64,000 nucleotides of DNA from Candidatus Parcubacteria bacterium (GCA_021414235.1 JAIOOV010000003.1:37560-101559); one strand, 5' to 3'; shown: positions 9,276-20,052, counted from the stretch's first letter. The notes: a model not told the origin generated them from the letters alone. Numbers and translations are program-made.

Positions 9276-11098
9276 AGCGATATCTTGTACAGCTTCGCCC
9301 AGACCTGGAAAGTAAGCACAGCCCAGAGCTGATTAAGATGATACGCTTTCGCCTCAGTGTGTTCTTCGAGCATGCGTGATATCTCCGTCCAATTGAAAAG
9401 AGCAGCCGTGGGAGGATAGTAGCTCTCAGAGAGAACTTCGCGCGCAAAAGATTTAAACGGCTCTCGGCGCAGCCACTTAGCACCCGGCGAGAACCAGCCG
9501 CGCTTCGGCTCATTAAAGAGATACGCAGGGAGACGACCGCGAAACGCTTCCTTAAGAACAACCTTGGTATTCCGCAGACTGACCTTCTCAGAGAGCGGCA
9601 TGCGCGCGGAAAGCTCGATCATGTCCACATCAAGAAGCGGAGGCCTGCTCTCTACACCTGCAGACATGGACATGGAATCCGCCATAGCAAACGCCTCGTC
9701 TACGAGCCAGGTCTTACGATCAGCTTCCATGAAGGCGTCTTCGAAGTTTCGTGTGTCATGCACTAGGTGCGGAGCGAATACCTCTTTAAGATTCGGGAGC
9801 TCAATGCCAGGAGCGAGGAGTCGACGCACGGCTTCCTCCTTCTCAGCCATGAAGAGCGCGATGCGCGCAGGACCAGGAGGCGTATTCAATTTCGAGAGCG
9901 TGGGATGGAAAGACAGGAGAGAGCGGAGTACTCCTGGTACGTATTTCTGGTATCTGCTCGCCGCGAGCGAGAGACGATAGCGCTCATAGCCGCCGAAGAG
10001 TTCGTCTCCCCCGTCGCCGCCTAAAACAACAGTGGCTTTGTCTTTGGTGAACGCAGCCAGCTTGAACATCGGAAGGATAGTGGCGTTCGCTACCGGCTGA
10101 TCGAGGTGCCAAACGGCCCGCTCGAAGAGCTCTGCCGCGTCCGTAGTAGTCATCACCACTTCGTGGTGATTGGTGCCGTAGTGCGCCGCGGTGCGGCGCG
10201 CGAGATCAAAATCCGCATTGAAGCGCTCGGACTGCTCGCCCTCTCCGAGTTCGAAGCCGACAGAGAAGGTGTCTACGTTGGAGCGGATGCGCGAGACCGC
10301 ATCGAGCACCACACTCGAATCGATACCACCGGAGAGATAGATACCTATAGGACGATCCGAGACGAGCTGCATGGCGACAGAGGCATCTACCTGAGCAGCG
10401 ACTCGCCTCCTCCACTCGGCCGAAGTGAGTGAATCAGTTTTTACGCCGTTATGGACATCCCAATAGGTCTCGATGGAGAGCTTGCCATCCTTGTAGAGTG
10501 CGCGGGAACCAGCTGGCAGCTTGAAAATACCCTCGAACATTGTCTCTGGCCCCGGCGCGTAGAGGAGTCGCAGGTAGCGTCCGAAAGCTTCCATATTGAG
10601 ACGCCGCGGCAGATCGTACTCCAGGATACCCTTGATCTCGGAAGAGAAGATGAGCCCACGTTCCGTCTCCGCATAGTAGAGGGGCTTGATACCAGCATGA
10701 TCCCGCGCAAGAAAAAGCTCCTTGTTCTCCCTGTCCCAGATAGCGAGCGCGAACATTCCATTGAAACGCTCCACCGCCTTCTTGCCCCAGCGGATATAGG
10801 CTGCGAGGATGACCTCCGTGTCTCCTTCCGAACGGAAAGGATAATCCGAGAGCTCCGCTTTCAATTCTTTAAAATTATAAATCTGCCCGTTGAATACCAG
10901 CGTGTAGCGCCCGCTCGCATCCGTCATCGGCTGAGCAGAGCGCGGGGAGAGATCGATGATGGCAAGACGATTGTGTCCAAAGGAAATCCCCTCCTCAATG
11001 AACGTGTCGGTCGCATCCGGTCCCCGGTGCGCAGTGACCGCGTTCATGCGTTCTGCGAGCGCCTCATCCCTCCAAGTGAATCCGTTGATGGCGCACAT
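9272..11098 (-). CDS. asnB: Asparagine synthase (glutamine-hydrolyzing) family amidotransferase
   Basis: N-terminal Cys (MCAING), HRGPD, RLAIIDL, LSGGIDSS, GDGGDELFGGY. Confidence 0.93.
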   Translation of the reverse strand: MCAINGFTWRDEALAERMNAVTAHRGPDATDTFIEEGISFGHNRLAIIDLSPRSAQPMTDASGRYTLVFNGQIYNFKELKAELSDYPFRSEGDTEVILAAYIRWGKKAVERFNGMFALAIWDRENKELFLARDHAGIKPLYYAETERGLIFSSEIKGILEYDLPRRLNMEAFGRYLRLLYAPGPETMFEGIFKLPAGSRALYKDGKLSIETYWDVHNGVKTDSLTSAEWRRRVAAQVDASVAMQLVSDRPIGIYLSGGIDSSVVLDAVSRIRSNVDTFSVGFELGEGEQSERFNADFDLARRTAAHYGTNHHEVVMTTTDAAELFERAVWHLDQPVANATILPMFKLAAFTKDKATVVLGGDGGDELFGGYERYRLSLAASRYQKYVPGVLRSLLSFHPTLSKLNTPPGPARIALFMAEKEEAVRRLLAPGIELPNLKEVFAPHLVHDTRNFEDAFMEADRKTWLVDEAFAMADSMSMSAGVESRPPLLDVDMIELSARMPLSEKVSLRNTKVVLKEAFRGRLPAYLFNEPKRGWFSPGAKWLRREPFKSFAREVLSESYYPPTAALFNWTEISRMLEEHTEAKAYHLNQLWAVLTFQVWAKLYKISL

Positions 11099-11100
11099 GA

Positions 11101-11760
11101 CTATTTAATACAAGAAAAAGCGTACGCTAGCACGAAGCGATCCCGGAACGGGAACCGCTTCCCGAAGAAGCGCAGAAGGAAGGCATCCTTCGCATAGGCA
11201 GCAGCGAACCAAAGCGGCTTCAGGATGCGCGGCAGAAACATCTCCACCTGCGTGTACCCAGCAACGAAAGGTCCACGAGAGGCAGGAAGGATCTCTACCT
11301 CCCGGAATCCCGCTGCAGAGAACATGCGTTCGAGCTTCTCCGCAGTGAAGCGCTGGAAATCATGCGGGTCAGGATGCACGTTCACCAAGAAAGGAACGCT
11401 ACCAATGAGGCGGCCACCCGGAGCAAGGACCCGATGCATCTCTGCGACCACCTTCTCATACTTCTCTATATGCTCGAGCAGATTGAAACAAAGAACCGTA
11501 TCAAAAGATCCGTCAGGGACGGGCATGGGAGAGGCTTCGAGATCGACCACGTAATCAGGCCGTGCTTCCTCACGGATATTGAGCGTCTTCATCGCAAGCG
11601 ACGGATCAAGCCTAAGATACCGATAATGACTCTCTTCCCGCGTCCCACCCACATCGAGCGCGCGGCCTGAGACCGTGAAGCGAGGAAGGAGGATATTGGT
11701 GAGTGCGCGGGAAGCTGACTTCCCCCGGAGCACTTCGCGGAAGACGAGAGAGAAACTCAT
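11101..11760 (-). CDS. Class I SAM-dependent methyltransferase
   Basis: LDVGG, FDTVLCFNLLEH, VHPDPHDFQRFT. Confidence 0.85.
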   Translation of the reverse strand: MSFSLVFREVLRGKSASRALTNILLPRFTVSGRALDVGGTREESHYRYLRLDPSLAMKTLNIREEARPDYVVDLEASPMPVPDGSFDTVLCFNLLEHIEKYEKVVAEMHRVLAPGGRLIGSVPFLVNVHPDPHDFQRFTAEKLERMFSAAGFREVEILPASRGPFVAGYTQVEMFLPRILKPLWFAAAYAKDAFLLRFFGKRFPFRDRFVLAYAFSCIK

Positions 11761-12806
11761 GAGAGCAATTGTACTATGCGCGGGATGAGCCGCACGACGC
11801 TGTGATCGCGCTCGATGGAGCCGCGCAGGTGATTGCCGCTGCTCTGGCCGTTGTCCCCGAGCGCCAGGAGCTCGATCTTACCGGCCAGCTCACGGTGCCC
11901 TCCTTGCGGGAAGAAGTAGGTCTCGTCGAGCACGCCCTTGAAGCTCTCGTTTGAAGTAAGGACCGGAGTGTTGCAGGCCATAGCTTCGAGCACGGTCTTG
12001 TCGAGCGAGCCGGTCTGACTCGTATTCACGAACACATCCGCCGCTTGGTAGTACTTCACGATATCCTGGTACCCCACGCCGCCCACGAAACGCACCAAGC
12101 TCCCGAGGTCGTGTCTCTTGATGTAAGTCTTTATCTCATCGAAGTATTCCCTGTCCACGTCCGTCACCGGAAGCCCTACCACCATGAGGGTCACCGGAAG
12201 CGTCGCTCGCCCGCGGAGTTCCTGGATAGCTCGAACAAGGGTCATGATGTCTTTCACCGGAGCGATACGACTCACCGAGAGTACGCGGAACTGGCGCTCG
12301 GGCGGCGTCTCTACGCTCTTCTTCTCCGCGGGCTTGAAGTATTCGGTATCGATACCATGTCCCAGGACGTGCACCTTAGAAGAAGCGATACGGAAGCTCT
12401 CTGCTGAACCAGTGAACACCAGGTCGGTGAGTGCGAGCGCCCCGCGCAGACGCCAGTTGACCGCCTTGTGCATGTACCAGAGAGCAACGCGTTTGCGGAG
12501 CGCCTTCCAAAAGAGGCCGCCGAGAATCACGTACTCCGGATTCATGTGCACGAAGACCGCGTCGTACTTGTTGCGCTCCGCAAGGATGTATTTATAAAAC
12601 CGGAAGAGCCGCACGATGCGCCAGGTCTTCTTCTCCTTGCCAAGGGAGAGCACCTTCACGTTCTTAGGGAGAGATACCTTGCCCCGCTCCAGGCAGATGA
12701 CCGTGACAAAATCCACGGAACGCGCGAATTCCTCGAGCCAACGATGAAAGAAACCGAGGATGGGATCCTCCCGATCGACCTTCTGGGTAAGTATCAGTAA
12801 TCGCAT
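11757..12806 (-). CDS. Glycosyltransferase family 4
   Basis: MRLLILTQKVD start; SLDKTVLEAMAC. Confidence 0.9.
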   Translation of the reverse strand: MRLLILTQKVDREDPILGFFHRWLEEFARSVDFVTVICLERGKVSLPKNVKVLSLGKEKKTWRIVRLFRFYKYILAERNKYDAVFVHMNPEYVILGGLFWKALRKRVALWYMHKAVNWRLRGALALTDLVFTGSAESFRIASSKVHVLGHGIDTEYFKPAEKKSVETPPERQFRVLSVSRIAPVKDIMTLVRAIQELRGRATLPVTLMVVGLPVTDVDREYFDEIKTYIKRHDLGSLVRFVGGVGYQDIVKYYQAADVFVNTSQTGSLDKTVLEAMACNTPVLTSNESFKGVLDETYFFPQGGHRELAGKIELLALGDNGQSSGNHLRGSIERDHSVVRLIPRIVQLLS

Positions 12807-12822
12807 ACGTGTAGATATACGC

Positions 12823-13947
12823 CTAAACGCCGCGCGCGCAAGCCTCTCTCCAGAGACCGACGATCGTCTCTGCATAGCTCTCTGGCGTGAGCGGCGAGTG
12901 GCGCCTTACCGCCTCCATGGCCAGCTCCGCCTTCTCTCGCATGTACTGCGGATTCTCAAGCGCAGTCTGCCAGGCACGGGCCAGCGCGCGAATGTCTCCC
13001 GGAGGAACTACGGAAGCGTTCTCCTCGGTAATCACTTCGCCCACGATGCCAACGTCGGTGGTAAGGATGGGGCAGCCCGCCTGCGCCGCTTCGATGAGGG
13101 TGAGTCCGTATCCTTCGAAAAGAGAGTTGAGCACGTACAGATCGGCCTCTTTGTAATACGCAGCGGGAGATTGCCAGCCCTCGAAGAGGACGCGCTTCTC
13201 GATCCCGAGCGTGCGCGCATGACGCTCCAGAGCCTCACGCTCTCCCCCCTCCCCCACCAAGACAAGCGCAGCCTTCTCTTCCGTACGGGAGACTTCCGCG
13301 AACGCCTCGAGAAGCCTCCGGAGATCCTTCTCCGGCTCAAGGCGGGAGACAACGAGAGAGAAAGAAGAGAAATCAGAATGCCGCTCCTTGAGATGCACCT
13401 CCTCCGTCGGAACAGAAGAGGGGTTCATTATAGGAAGCACGGTCACTTTTTTCTCCGCGAGGCCATAGCGGGAGAGGATGCTTCTCTTGATGCGCAAAGA
13501 GACGACGCGTATGGAGCGAGCCTTCGGGAGGATGAGGCTAGCAAGCGCCACGCGTACGCGGTTTAGATATGAGTGTCGGGCAAAATACGGGCTCAAGAAA
13601 TCCGTGTGCACCTGCACCTCAAGAGGGATTTTCAAGAGCATGGAGAGGATGAAGCCAGCGAAACCTGTTTCAAAAGGATCTTGTGCCGTGACGAGAGAGA
13701 ACCCTTCCTTACGGAGAGAATATCCGGCACGGGCGAGCGCGAGAGGACGGAGAAAACGGGAGCGTGCGGAAACCGCACCCAAAACCACTCGCGGAGAAAG
13801 AGCCACCTCCTTCTCCTCAGAGAGCCCGCCCGCAGAGACGAGCACTCTGATCCCTTCCGTAAGTTCGCCATACGCAATAAGGCGCGACGCGACCGCGCTC
13901 CTAATATCGAATACCCGCGGATCAGTGGAGAGCATCAGTATTTTCAT
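12823..13947 (-). CDS. Glycosyltransferase family 4
   Basis: EGYGLTLIEAAQAG (EX7E). Confidence 0.9.
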   Translation of the reverse strand: MKILMLSTDPRVFDIRSAVASRLIAYGELTEGIRVLVSAGGLSEEKEVALSPRVVLGAVSARSRFLRPLALARAGYSLRKEGFSLVTAQDPFETGFAGFILSMLLKIPLEVQVHTDFLSPYFARHSYLNRVRVALASLILPKARSIRVVSLRIKRSILSRYGLAEKKVTVLPIMNPSSVPTEEVHLKERHSDFSSFSLVVSRLEPEKDLRRLLEAFAEVSRTEEKAALVLVGEGGEREALERHARTLGIEKRVLFEGWQSPAAYYKEADLYVLNSLFEGYGLTLIEAAQAGCPILTTDVGIVGEVITEENASVVPPGDIRALARAWQTALENPQYMREKAELAMEAVRRHSPLTPESYAETIVGLWREACARGV

Positions 13948-15056
13948 AGGGTCTTGAGTTCGCTCACTAACCTCTCCACCAACTCGCTTTCGTCGAATGC
14001 TGAGAGCCTCTCCTTGGCATTCCGCGCGAGCTTCCCTGCAAGGTCATGGTCCTTCAGCACCTCTTTAGCTCCCTCAAGGAGCGCAGTGCGATCGTCATAC
14101 GGCACCAGGAGCCCGCTCTCGCGATGAGTGATGAGCTCAGGATTCCCGCCCACGTTCGTGGTCAGGATGGGCGTCTCCATAGCCATGACCTCTACGAGCT
14201 GATGAGAAAAGCCTTCATAAGAAGTATTGAGCATGAAGAGGTCCGCCGCGCGTACATAATTGAAGACGACCGGCTGTGGCAAGCGGCCGAGGAGGGAAAC
14301 CTTGTCTCCGAGATGCGCCGAGCGGATCTTCTTGTCGAGCGCTCTCCGCTCAGGACCATCCCCGATGATGAGGAGGCGTACGTCCGGGAAGAAGCGCTCG
14401 AGCGCAGGTACAAGCTCGGTAAGCGTAGCGAAGCCCTTCCAAGGGACGAGCCTGCCTACGGAGACGATGATGGTACCCTCAAGGCCTAAGCGCTCCCGCA
14501 GTGCGGCCTTCTCTTCGATTCCGCTCGGCAGGGCATATGAATTGTAGATGACCGCGATACGGGAAGAGGGGACGCCCCACGTTTCCACGATCCGTTTGAG
14601 ATATTCACTCGGCACAATCACCCGATGCGCAGCGCGCACCACTCGGAACTGCAGCTTCCGAAGGAAGATGAGATACGGATTCCACTTCCAGGAAAAGACC
14701 GGAAAAGCATCAAGTGTCTCCGTCACCTTAAACCTCTGCACACCCTGCTCCCAGACATGGTCTCCCGGCACGCGCACGAAGAATCTCTTGCGCAAGAAGA
14801 GATTAGCGACATAGGCAGGCCAGCCCACGCTCATGGTGTCTTGTGCGTAGATGACGTCAGCAGAGAATCCCGCCGCAAGGAGGTGGATGAAATAGATGAT
14901 ATGCCGGATGACCGGAGGGAAATGCCGCACTCTCCCGAAGGAAGCTACAGAGACGGCGATCCCCCTCTTAGGGAGCTCCCGGAGGAGCATGGCGCTGTAG
15001 GTAGCGGGACCTCCGATATCAGGAGGAAAGAGTCCGGTGGCGATGAGCACCCGCAT
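13944..15056 (-). CDS. Glycosyltransferase family 4
   Basis: FPPDIGGPATY; EGFSHQLVEVMA. Confidence 0.9.
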   Translation of the reverse strand: MRVLIATGLFPPDIGGPATYSAMLLRELPKRGIAVSVASFGRVRHFPPVIRHIIYFIHLLAAGFSADVIYAQDTMSVGWPAYVANLFLRKRFFVRVPGDHVWEQGVQRFKVTETLDAFPVFSWKWNPYLIFLRKLQFRVVRAAHRVIVPSEYLKRIVETWGVPSSRIAVIYNSYALPSGIEEKAALRERLGLEGTIIVSVGRLVPWKGFATLTELVPALERFFPDVRLLIIGDGPERRALDKKIRSAHLGDKVSLLGRLPQPVVFNYVRAADLFMLNTSYEGFSHQLVEVMAMETPILTTNVGGNPELITHRESGLLVPYDDRTALLEGAKEVLKDHDLAGKLARNAKERLSAFDESELVERLVSELKTL

Positions 15057-15077
15057 AGTTTTTTGATTATGACACGC

Positions 15078-16280
15078 CTAAGAAAGCCTGTCGAAGACTT
15101 CCTCTTTCATCCTCGCCGCGATGAGATCCCAGTCATACTTCTCGGCGGCAGCGCGAGCGTTCTTGCGGATACGCTCGGTCATCTCCCTATCCCCTTCGTA
15201 GAGGTGCACCGCGCGGACAATGCTCGGGACATCCTTACGCTCCACCGCTCTCCCTGTAGGTTCTGCCCCGGCATCTTTCTCGGGATCAAACAGGAAATCG
15301 GAGATACCGCCCACCTGAGTAGCGATGATAGGAACACCTGCAGCCATCGCTTCGAGGAAAGAGATACCCAAGCCCTCTGAGAGAGAAGGACGGATGAAGA
15401 TACTGCCCAGCTTCAAGAATGGAGCGACATCCTTGTGAGCGAGAGCACCGGCGAATCTGACACGCTCCTCTACACCGAGCGAGCGAGCCAGTTCTTCGAG
15501 CTCTGCACGGAGAGGACCGTCGCCAGCGATGACAAAAATTACCTCAGGAAGCTCCGGCATCGCACGGATCACATATTCAACGCCGTTCTTAGGAACAAGA
15601 CGCGAAGTGGTCACCAGGATAGTGCCCTGCTCCGGAAGCTTCAGATACTCGCGAAGAGCCGCGGTCTCTTTCGCGTCCACTTCACTAAGTACCCTGAGAT
15701 CAACTCCGTTCGGTACGACCACCGGTTCTCCTTTGAAGCCAAGAGACTTGGAGAGACCTGCGAGATAGCGTGAGATCGCCTGTACCGCGCGAGCGCGCTT
15801 GAAGGCGGAGCGGATGAGCCAGACAAAGGGACGGATACGCGCGCGCTTGAACATATGCTCTACACTGTCTCCGTCCTGGAGAGTAATGAGGAGCGGTACG
15901 CGGAAAAGCATCGAGGCCAAAGATGCTCCGATGGCGTTGTATGACATGACCGCCCAGAGAAAAGCCGGACGTTCTTTCATGATGAGCCGGCACGCCTTGA
16001 AGAAAGAGAGCGGCGGATAGAACACCTTAGTGAGATACCAGGGCAAACGAAGGAGGTCCGAAGGAGCCGGGTTTCGCTTGGCGAAGCCGACCCGGTGAAT
16101 GCGGATATTTCCCTTCTCTTCGACGCGCGGGGAATTCCCGTCGAGAAGAGCGGTGATGAGGTCGAATTGATAATCAGGGAGTTTTGAAGTGATCTCCCTG
16201 ATAGCCACCTCCGCTCCTCCCCAGAACGGATCGTAGGAAAGGGAGAAGGCGATGACTCGGCGCGACTTAGTATCGGACAT
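15078..16280 (-). CDS. Glycosyltransferase family 4
   Basis: GGAE; EGLGISFLEAMAAG. Confidence 0.92.
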   Translation of the reverse strand: MSDTKSRRVIAFSLSYDPFWGGAEVAIREITSKLPDYQFDLITALLDGNSPRVEEKGNIRIHRVGFAKRNPAPSDLLRLPWYLTKVFYPPLSFFKACRLIMKERPAFLWAVMSYNAIGASLASMLFRVPLLITLQDGDSVEHMFKRARIRPFVWLIRSAFKRARAVQAISRYLAGLSKSLGFKGEPVVVPNGVDLRVLSEVDAKETAALREYLKLPEQGTILVTTSRLVPKNGVEYVIRAMPELPEVIFVIAGDGPLRAELEELARSLGVEERVRFAGALAHKDVAPFLKLGSIFIRPSLSEGLGISFLEAMAAGVPIIATQVGGISDFLFDPEKDAGAEPTGRAVERKDVPSIVRAVHLYEGDREMTERIRKNARAAAEKYDWDLIAARMKEEVFDRLS

Positions 16281-16307
16281 AGGGAAAGTAAACCCCGAGA
16301 GGAGTGA

Positions 16308-17747
16308 TTAGTACAGACCTTCAATTTCTTGCCTCCCCGCCCGTCCCAGCCAGAAGACACCGAGCAGAGTAGAGCCGAGAAGCGCTCCTAAGAGATAGAA
16401 CCACTTATACTCCCCCAAGTGCGATGAGGCAGCAGTCGTCGTCGGAAGAGATGCGGCGGCCACAGCCGCTACAACAGGAGAAGAGCGTTCGGGCACAGAA
16501 ACCCTGGTAGGAGCCTCCGGAGAGATCTTCGGCGCAGACCGCTGCGTAGCAACCGAAGAAACAACAACAGAGGAAGGAGCTGGAGTAGGAACAACGGAGA
16601 TAATGCCCTCTGCAGTGCTCGTGAGAGCGGGAGTCCCGTTTGGATAGCGAAGTTCTGCAGAAGGAGTGAAAGGAAGTGAGGTCACCCCTTCGGGGAAACG
16701 GACACTCTTCTTCGCGAGAAGGAAACTATCTTTCGGAAGAGTATACAACTTCCCTCCCGAGAGGAACTGCCAATACGAGAGGTCCACTTCCTCGCTTCCC
16801 CGGTTCTCAATCTCTAGGTACCCTCCGAGCGAATCCCGCCCGCTCCGCAGAGAGAGGTCCGCAGTGGCCACTGTTACGATGAGCTTGTCAGAGTTCGAGA
16901 ACTCTCCAGAAGAGACATCGAGGGTGGCAACGTAACTGCCGGGATAGTGGTAGGTATGGAGGACATGCTTCCCTTCAGCGTACGCTCCGTCCCCGAAGTT
17001 CCAGAGATAGCGGGCATTCTGGAGCGGCTTCTTATCAATCCCGAGCGCCTCTCCTATGAACTCCTCCGGAGTGCCTACGGTTACCGCTCTGTCATCCCCT
17101 GCATAGGAATAGATCTGCGGCTTAGTAGGCCATTTGGAAGAGCTGCCCGAGACAGGGGCGCTCGATTGGGTTACTGATGGAGTAGTCGAGGAAGTCTCTG
17201 TGGAAGTATCGGCAGAGGAAGATTCTGTGGAACTACTCGAGCTTCCTGCGGAAGATGAAGAGAGAGCGGATCCAGGCGTCGGGAGCGCTGCGATCCAGCT
17301 TCCCTCTGACTTTTGCAAACTCTTGCCATCACCTGCCGCACCCATCTCTGAGGAATAGGTGAACTGATCAATATCAAGGAGAGCAGTGTCCTTCAGTACG
17401 AGCGTCTCTCCAGTATTAGAAAGGGAGAAAGAACTATCGAAGATAGTTCCTGAGAACGACGGATTATCCGTCAGGAACTTAGCGGGGTTATCCGCAATAA
17501 TGGCGACACCTCCCGCAGCAAGCATCGCGTCCCCCTGGGAGAGGGTCAGAGCGTGGTTGGTCTCGGCTTCACGGAAGCGATAGTCGGAGACGTCTATAGC
17601 TGAGCTCCCGCTATTGCGTATCTCCACCCACTCCCGCCCACTATCACCCCCGGTCTCGAGGTCGTACATAACCTCGCTGAACTCTACCTGCGCGGAGGCA
17701 GAGAGTGGGAGAGCTATGGCGATGATCAGCGAAATTCGCGTGAACAT
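16308..17747 (-). CDS. Surface protein with lamin-tail and PKD domains and a C-terminal TM anchor
   Basis: Signal peptide; SEVMYD..EWVEIRN; Ser/Thr linker; YLWNFGDG; C-terminal hydrophobic helix. Confidence 0.85.
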   Translation of the reverse strand: MFTRISLIIAIALPLSASAQVEFSEVMYDLETGGDSGREWVEIRNSGSSAIDVSDYRFREAETNHALTLSQGDAMLAAGGVAIIADNPAKFLTDNPSFSGTIFDSSFSLSNTGETLVLKDTALLDIDQFTYSSEMGAAGDGKSLQKSEGSWIAALPTPGSALSSSSAGSSSSSTESSSADTSTETSSTTPSVTQSSAPVSGSSSKWPTKPQIYSYAGDDRAVTVGTPEEFIGEALGIDKKPLQNARYLWNFGDGAYAEGKHVLHTYHYPGSYVATLDVSSGEFSNSDKLIVTVATADLSLRSGRDSLGGYLEIENRGSEEVDLSYWQFLSGGKLYTLPKDSFLLAKKSVRFPEGVTSLPFTPSAELRYPNGTPALTSTAEGIISVVPTPAPSSVVVSSVATQRSAPKISPEAPTRVSVPERSSPVVAAVAAASLPTTTAASSHLGEYKWFYLLGALLGSTLLGVFWLGRAGRQEIEGLY

Positions 17748-17766
17748 AGACCGCGCCGCTTCGAAA

Positions 17767-19782
17767 CTATTCGAGCAGGCGCTTGAGTTCGTCTTCGGGT
17801 ACTTCGCGTACATGCGAAGCCTTGGGTCTTGGGGCAGGACGCTCAGCGGCTTGATTCGACTCAGGAGGATCTTCCCTTCTCTCTTCCTTCGGAAGCGGAT
17901 TAGGGGGAACAGGAGTCGCTTTCGGAGCAGAAGCTAGGCCGCTTGGATTCTGTTTCTTGAGGGCCTCCTGGAGCGCAGCATGGAGGAGCTCTTTGTTGGC
18001 GGTCTTGCCGCCGCGGACTTCCCCTTTCGGCTGGGGAGGTTTCCTGAGGCTTTCGTTCTGGGAAGGCTCGGATGAACGACTCGGGGCCGTTTTAGTCACA
18101 GGAGGACGCGGGGCTTGAGGCGCAGGCGTCTGGCTCTCTGACCTCGGAGGAGACGAGTCGCGTGGCGGTCTCGGCATCTCCGGCGGACGAACGACGGAGG
18201 GTTTCTCTACGGGAGGTCGATGAGCGGGTGCCGCAGCGGGAGGCACTTTGGGAATAGACGGTATGGAAGAAGCGTCTTCCTTTACCACAGAAGCAAGCAC
18301 CGCACGAAGGCCAGTGAGATGCTGCTTGGATTCAAAATTCTCGCGCTCTGCTTCGCGCACCAGCGCGGACGGAACGCGAGGGGCGTCTTCCCTCACAGAA
18401 GGCGGACGAGGCGTAGCTATAGGAGTCGGACGCGGAGCCGAGGTGGAAGCCGAAGGACCAGCAGCCTCTTTCGGCTTGAGGCTCGCCACCACCGCAGACG
18501 ACTGGGTCTGTTCAGCGATACTCACCTCCACCTGTGCACGCGGCTTAGCATAGACCATGCGCGAATTAGCGATGACACTATCCCTGAAAGAAAGCGCGGG
18601 AGCGGGTATCGGCGGCATGGTAGTGGCAGAAAAAGGCGTAGAGCTGACTCCGTCGATCATGAGCTTAAGATATATCTGGCGTATCCCTAGGTTCACGATG
18701 TCTTCGGCCAGGAAGTGTGGAGCGAACTCCTTCTCGAAGAGCTCTGCATCGATTGCCCCCACGCGGAAGGCGATCAGGGTACCGACGTTGCCGATGACTG
18801 CGGCACGCACTTCTTCCGACATCTGCTCCACGTACTGATGGGCGATGGTCAGATTCAACTTATACTTGCGCGCCTCCGAGAGGATGTCTGCGAAGGACTC
18901 GTTGGCGAAGGACTGGAATTCGTCCACGTAGAGATAGAAATTCGGGAGCTTAGCGAGCTTGTCTGCCGGCACATCCGCGCGGCTCATGGCCGCGAGATAT
19001 ATCTTGGTAATGAGCATGCTACCGAGGAGATTGGCATTGCTCTCCCCCACCTTGCCCTTAGAGAGGTTGATGATGAGGATCTTCTTCTCATCCATCATCT
19101 TACGGATATCAAAGGTGGAATTCTCCTGACCCACGATATTGCGGATGAGCGGATTAGAGGTGAACTGTCCCACTTTGTTCTGGATGGCAGGGGTCGCCTC
19201 CGCTGCGAACTTGTCCGTATACTTGGCGAACTCATCCACCCAGAAGGATTTGGTTCCGGGATCCTTCACCGACTCCACCACCTTGTTGCGGAACGCTTTG
19301 TCCGTGAGCATCTTGTTGATACCCATCATGGTGGCGCCGGGGAATTCAAGAAGAGCCAGCACCGTGTTCTGGAGGATGTACTCCATACGCGCAGACCAGG
19401 CATCCTCCCAGATCTTGTGGAAGGCACTCATGAGACCGGAGACCACTAAATGACGACGATCCGCACCGATATCCTCGATGACGTTGAAGCCGATGGGGTA
19501 CTCCATGTCGAAGGGCGCGAAATACAAAACATCCTTCACGCGATCTTCCGGTATGTAATCGAGGAGCTTCTCCGCAGTGCCGCCGTGCGGGTCGATGAAG
19601 GCGAGACCATCCCCATTCTGGATGTCCTGGATTGCCATGTTCTCGAGCAGGGTCGATTTACCCATGCCCGTCTTGCCGATGACGTAGACGTGCTTGGTAC
19701 GGTCCACCGCCTTGATGCCGAAGGGCACCTTCTTATTGCGCGTGTCGGTCAGGCCGAAATAGGTGATGCGATTGTCGTCCAT
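17767..19782 (-). CDS. VirD4/TraD/HerA-like P-loop ATPase with Pro-rich tail
   Basis: GKTGMGKS, IDPHG, LYVDEFQSF, ILSEARKY. Confidence 0.88.
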   Translation of the reverse strand: MDDNRITYFGLTDTRNKKVPFGIKAVDRTKHVYVIGKTGMGKSTLLENMAIQDIQNGDGLAFIDPHGGTAEKLLDYIPEDRVKDVLYFAPFDMEYPIGFNVIEDIGADRRHLVVSGLMSAFHKIWEDAWSARMEYILQNTVLALLEFPGATMMGINKMLTDKAFRNKVVESVKDPGTKSFWVDEFAKYTDKFAAEATPAIQNKVGQFTSNPLIRNIVGQENSTFDIRKMMDEKKILIINLSKGKVGESNANLLGSMLITKIYLAAMSRADVPADKLAKLPNFYLYVDEFQSFANESFADILSEARKYKLNLTIAHQYVEQMSEEVRAAVIGNVGTLIAFRVGAIDAELFEKEFAPHFLAEDIVNLGIRQIYLKLMIDGVSSTPFSATTMPPIPAPALSFRDSVIANSRMVYAKPRAQVEVSIAEQTQSSAVVASLKPKEAAGPSASTSAPRPTPIATPRPPSVREDAPRVPSALVREAERENFESKQHLTGLRAVLASVVKEDASSIPSIPKVPPAAAPAHRPPVEKPSVVRPPEMPRPPRDSSPPRSESQTPAPQAPRPPVTKTAPSRSSEPSQNESLRKPPQPKGEVRGGKTANKELLHAALQEALKKQNPSGLASAPKATPVPPNPLPKEERREDPPESNQAAERPAPRPKASHVREVPEDELKRLLE

Positions 19783-19851
19783 AGAAAGAAAGTCCCAGAT
19801 AGTATACCAAAAATAATTCGGGACCCCACTTTTCAGCGGGGTCCCTTCTGA

Positions 19852-20052
19852 TCATCTTAATTTCCACCGGTTGTGGGTACGATCGTACTGTTTGACCATC
19901 TCTCGGTAGACGGGCTCCATCTGAGCAAGGCCCGGCGAGTAGCCGACAAGCGGCTTTCCACTCTCCAACACCTCTATCATTTCGCCCACATGGCGGGGAT
20001 CCATGCGTCCGACGTAGCCTCCCCAGATAGCTTGGAGGGCTTCGAGCGGCAA
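19852..20052 (-). CDS. Hypothetical protein
   Basis: Fills the gap between genes and is followed by a hairpin at ~19820-19844; start uncertain. Confidence 0.4.
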   Translation of the reverse strand: MPLEALQAIWGGYVGRMDPRHVGEMIEVLESGKPLVGYSPGLAQMEPVYREMVKQYDRTHNRWKLR

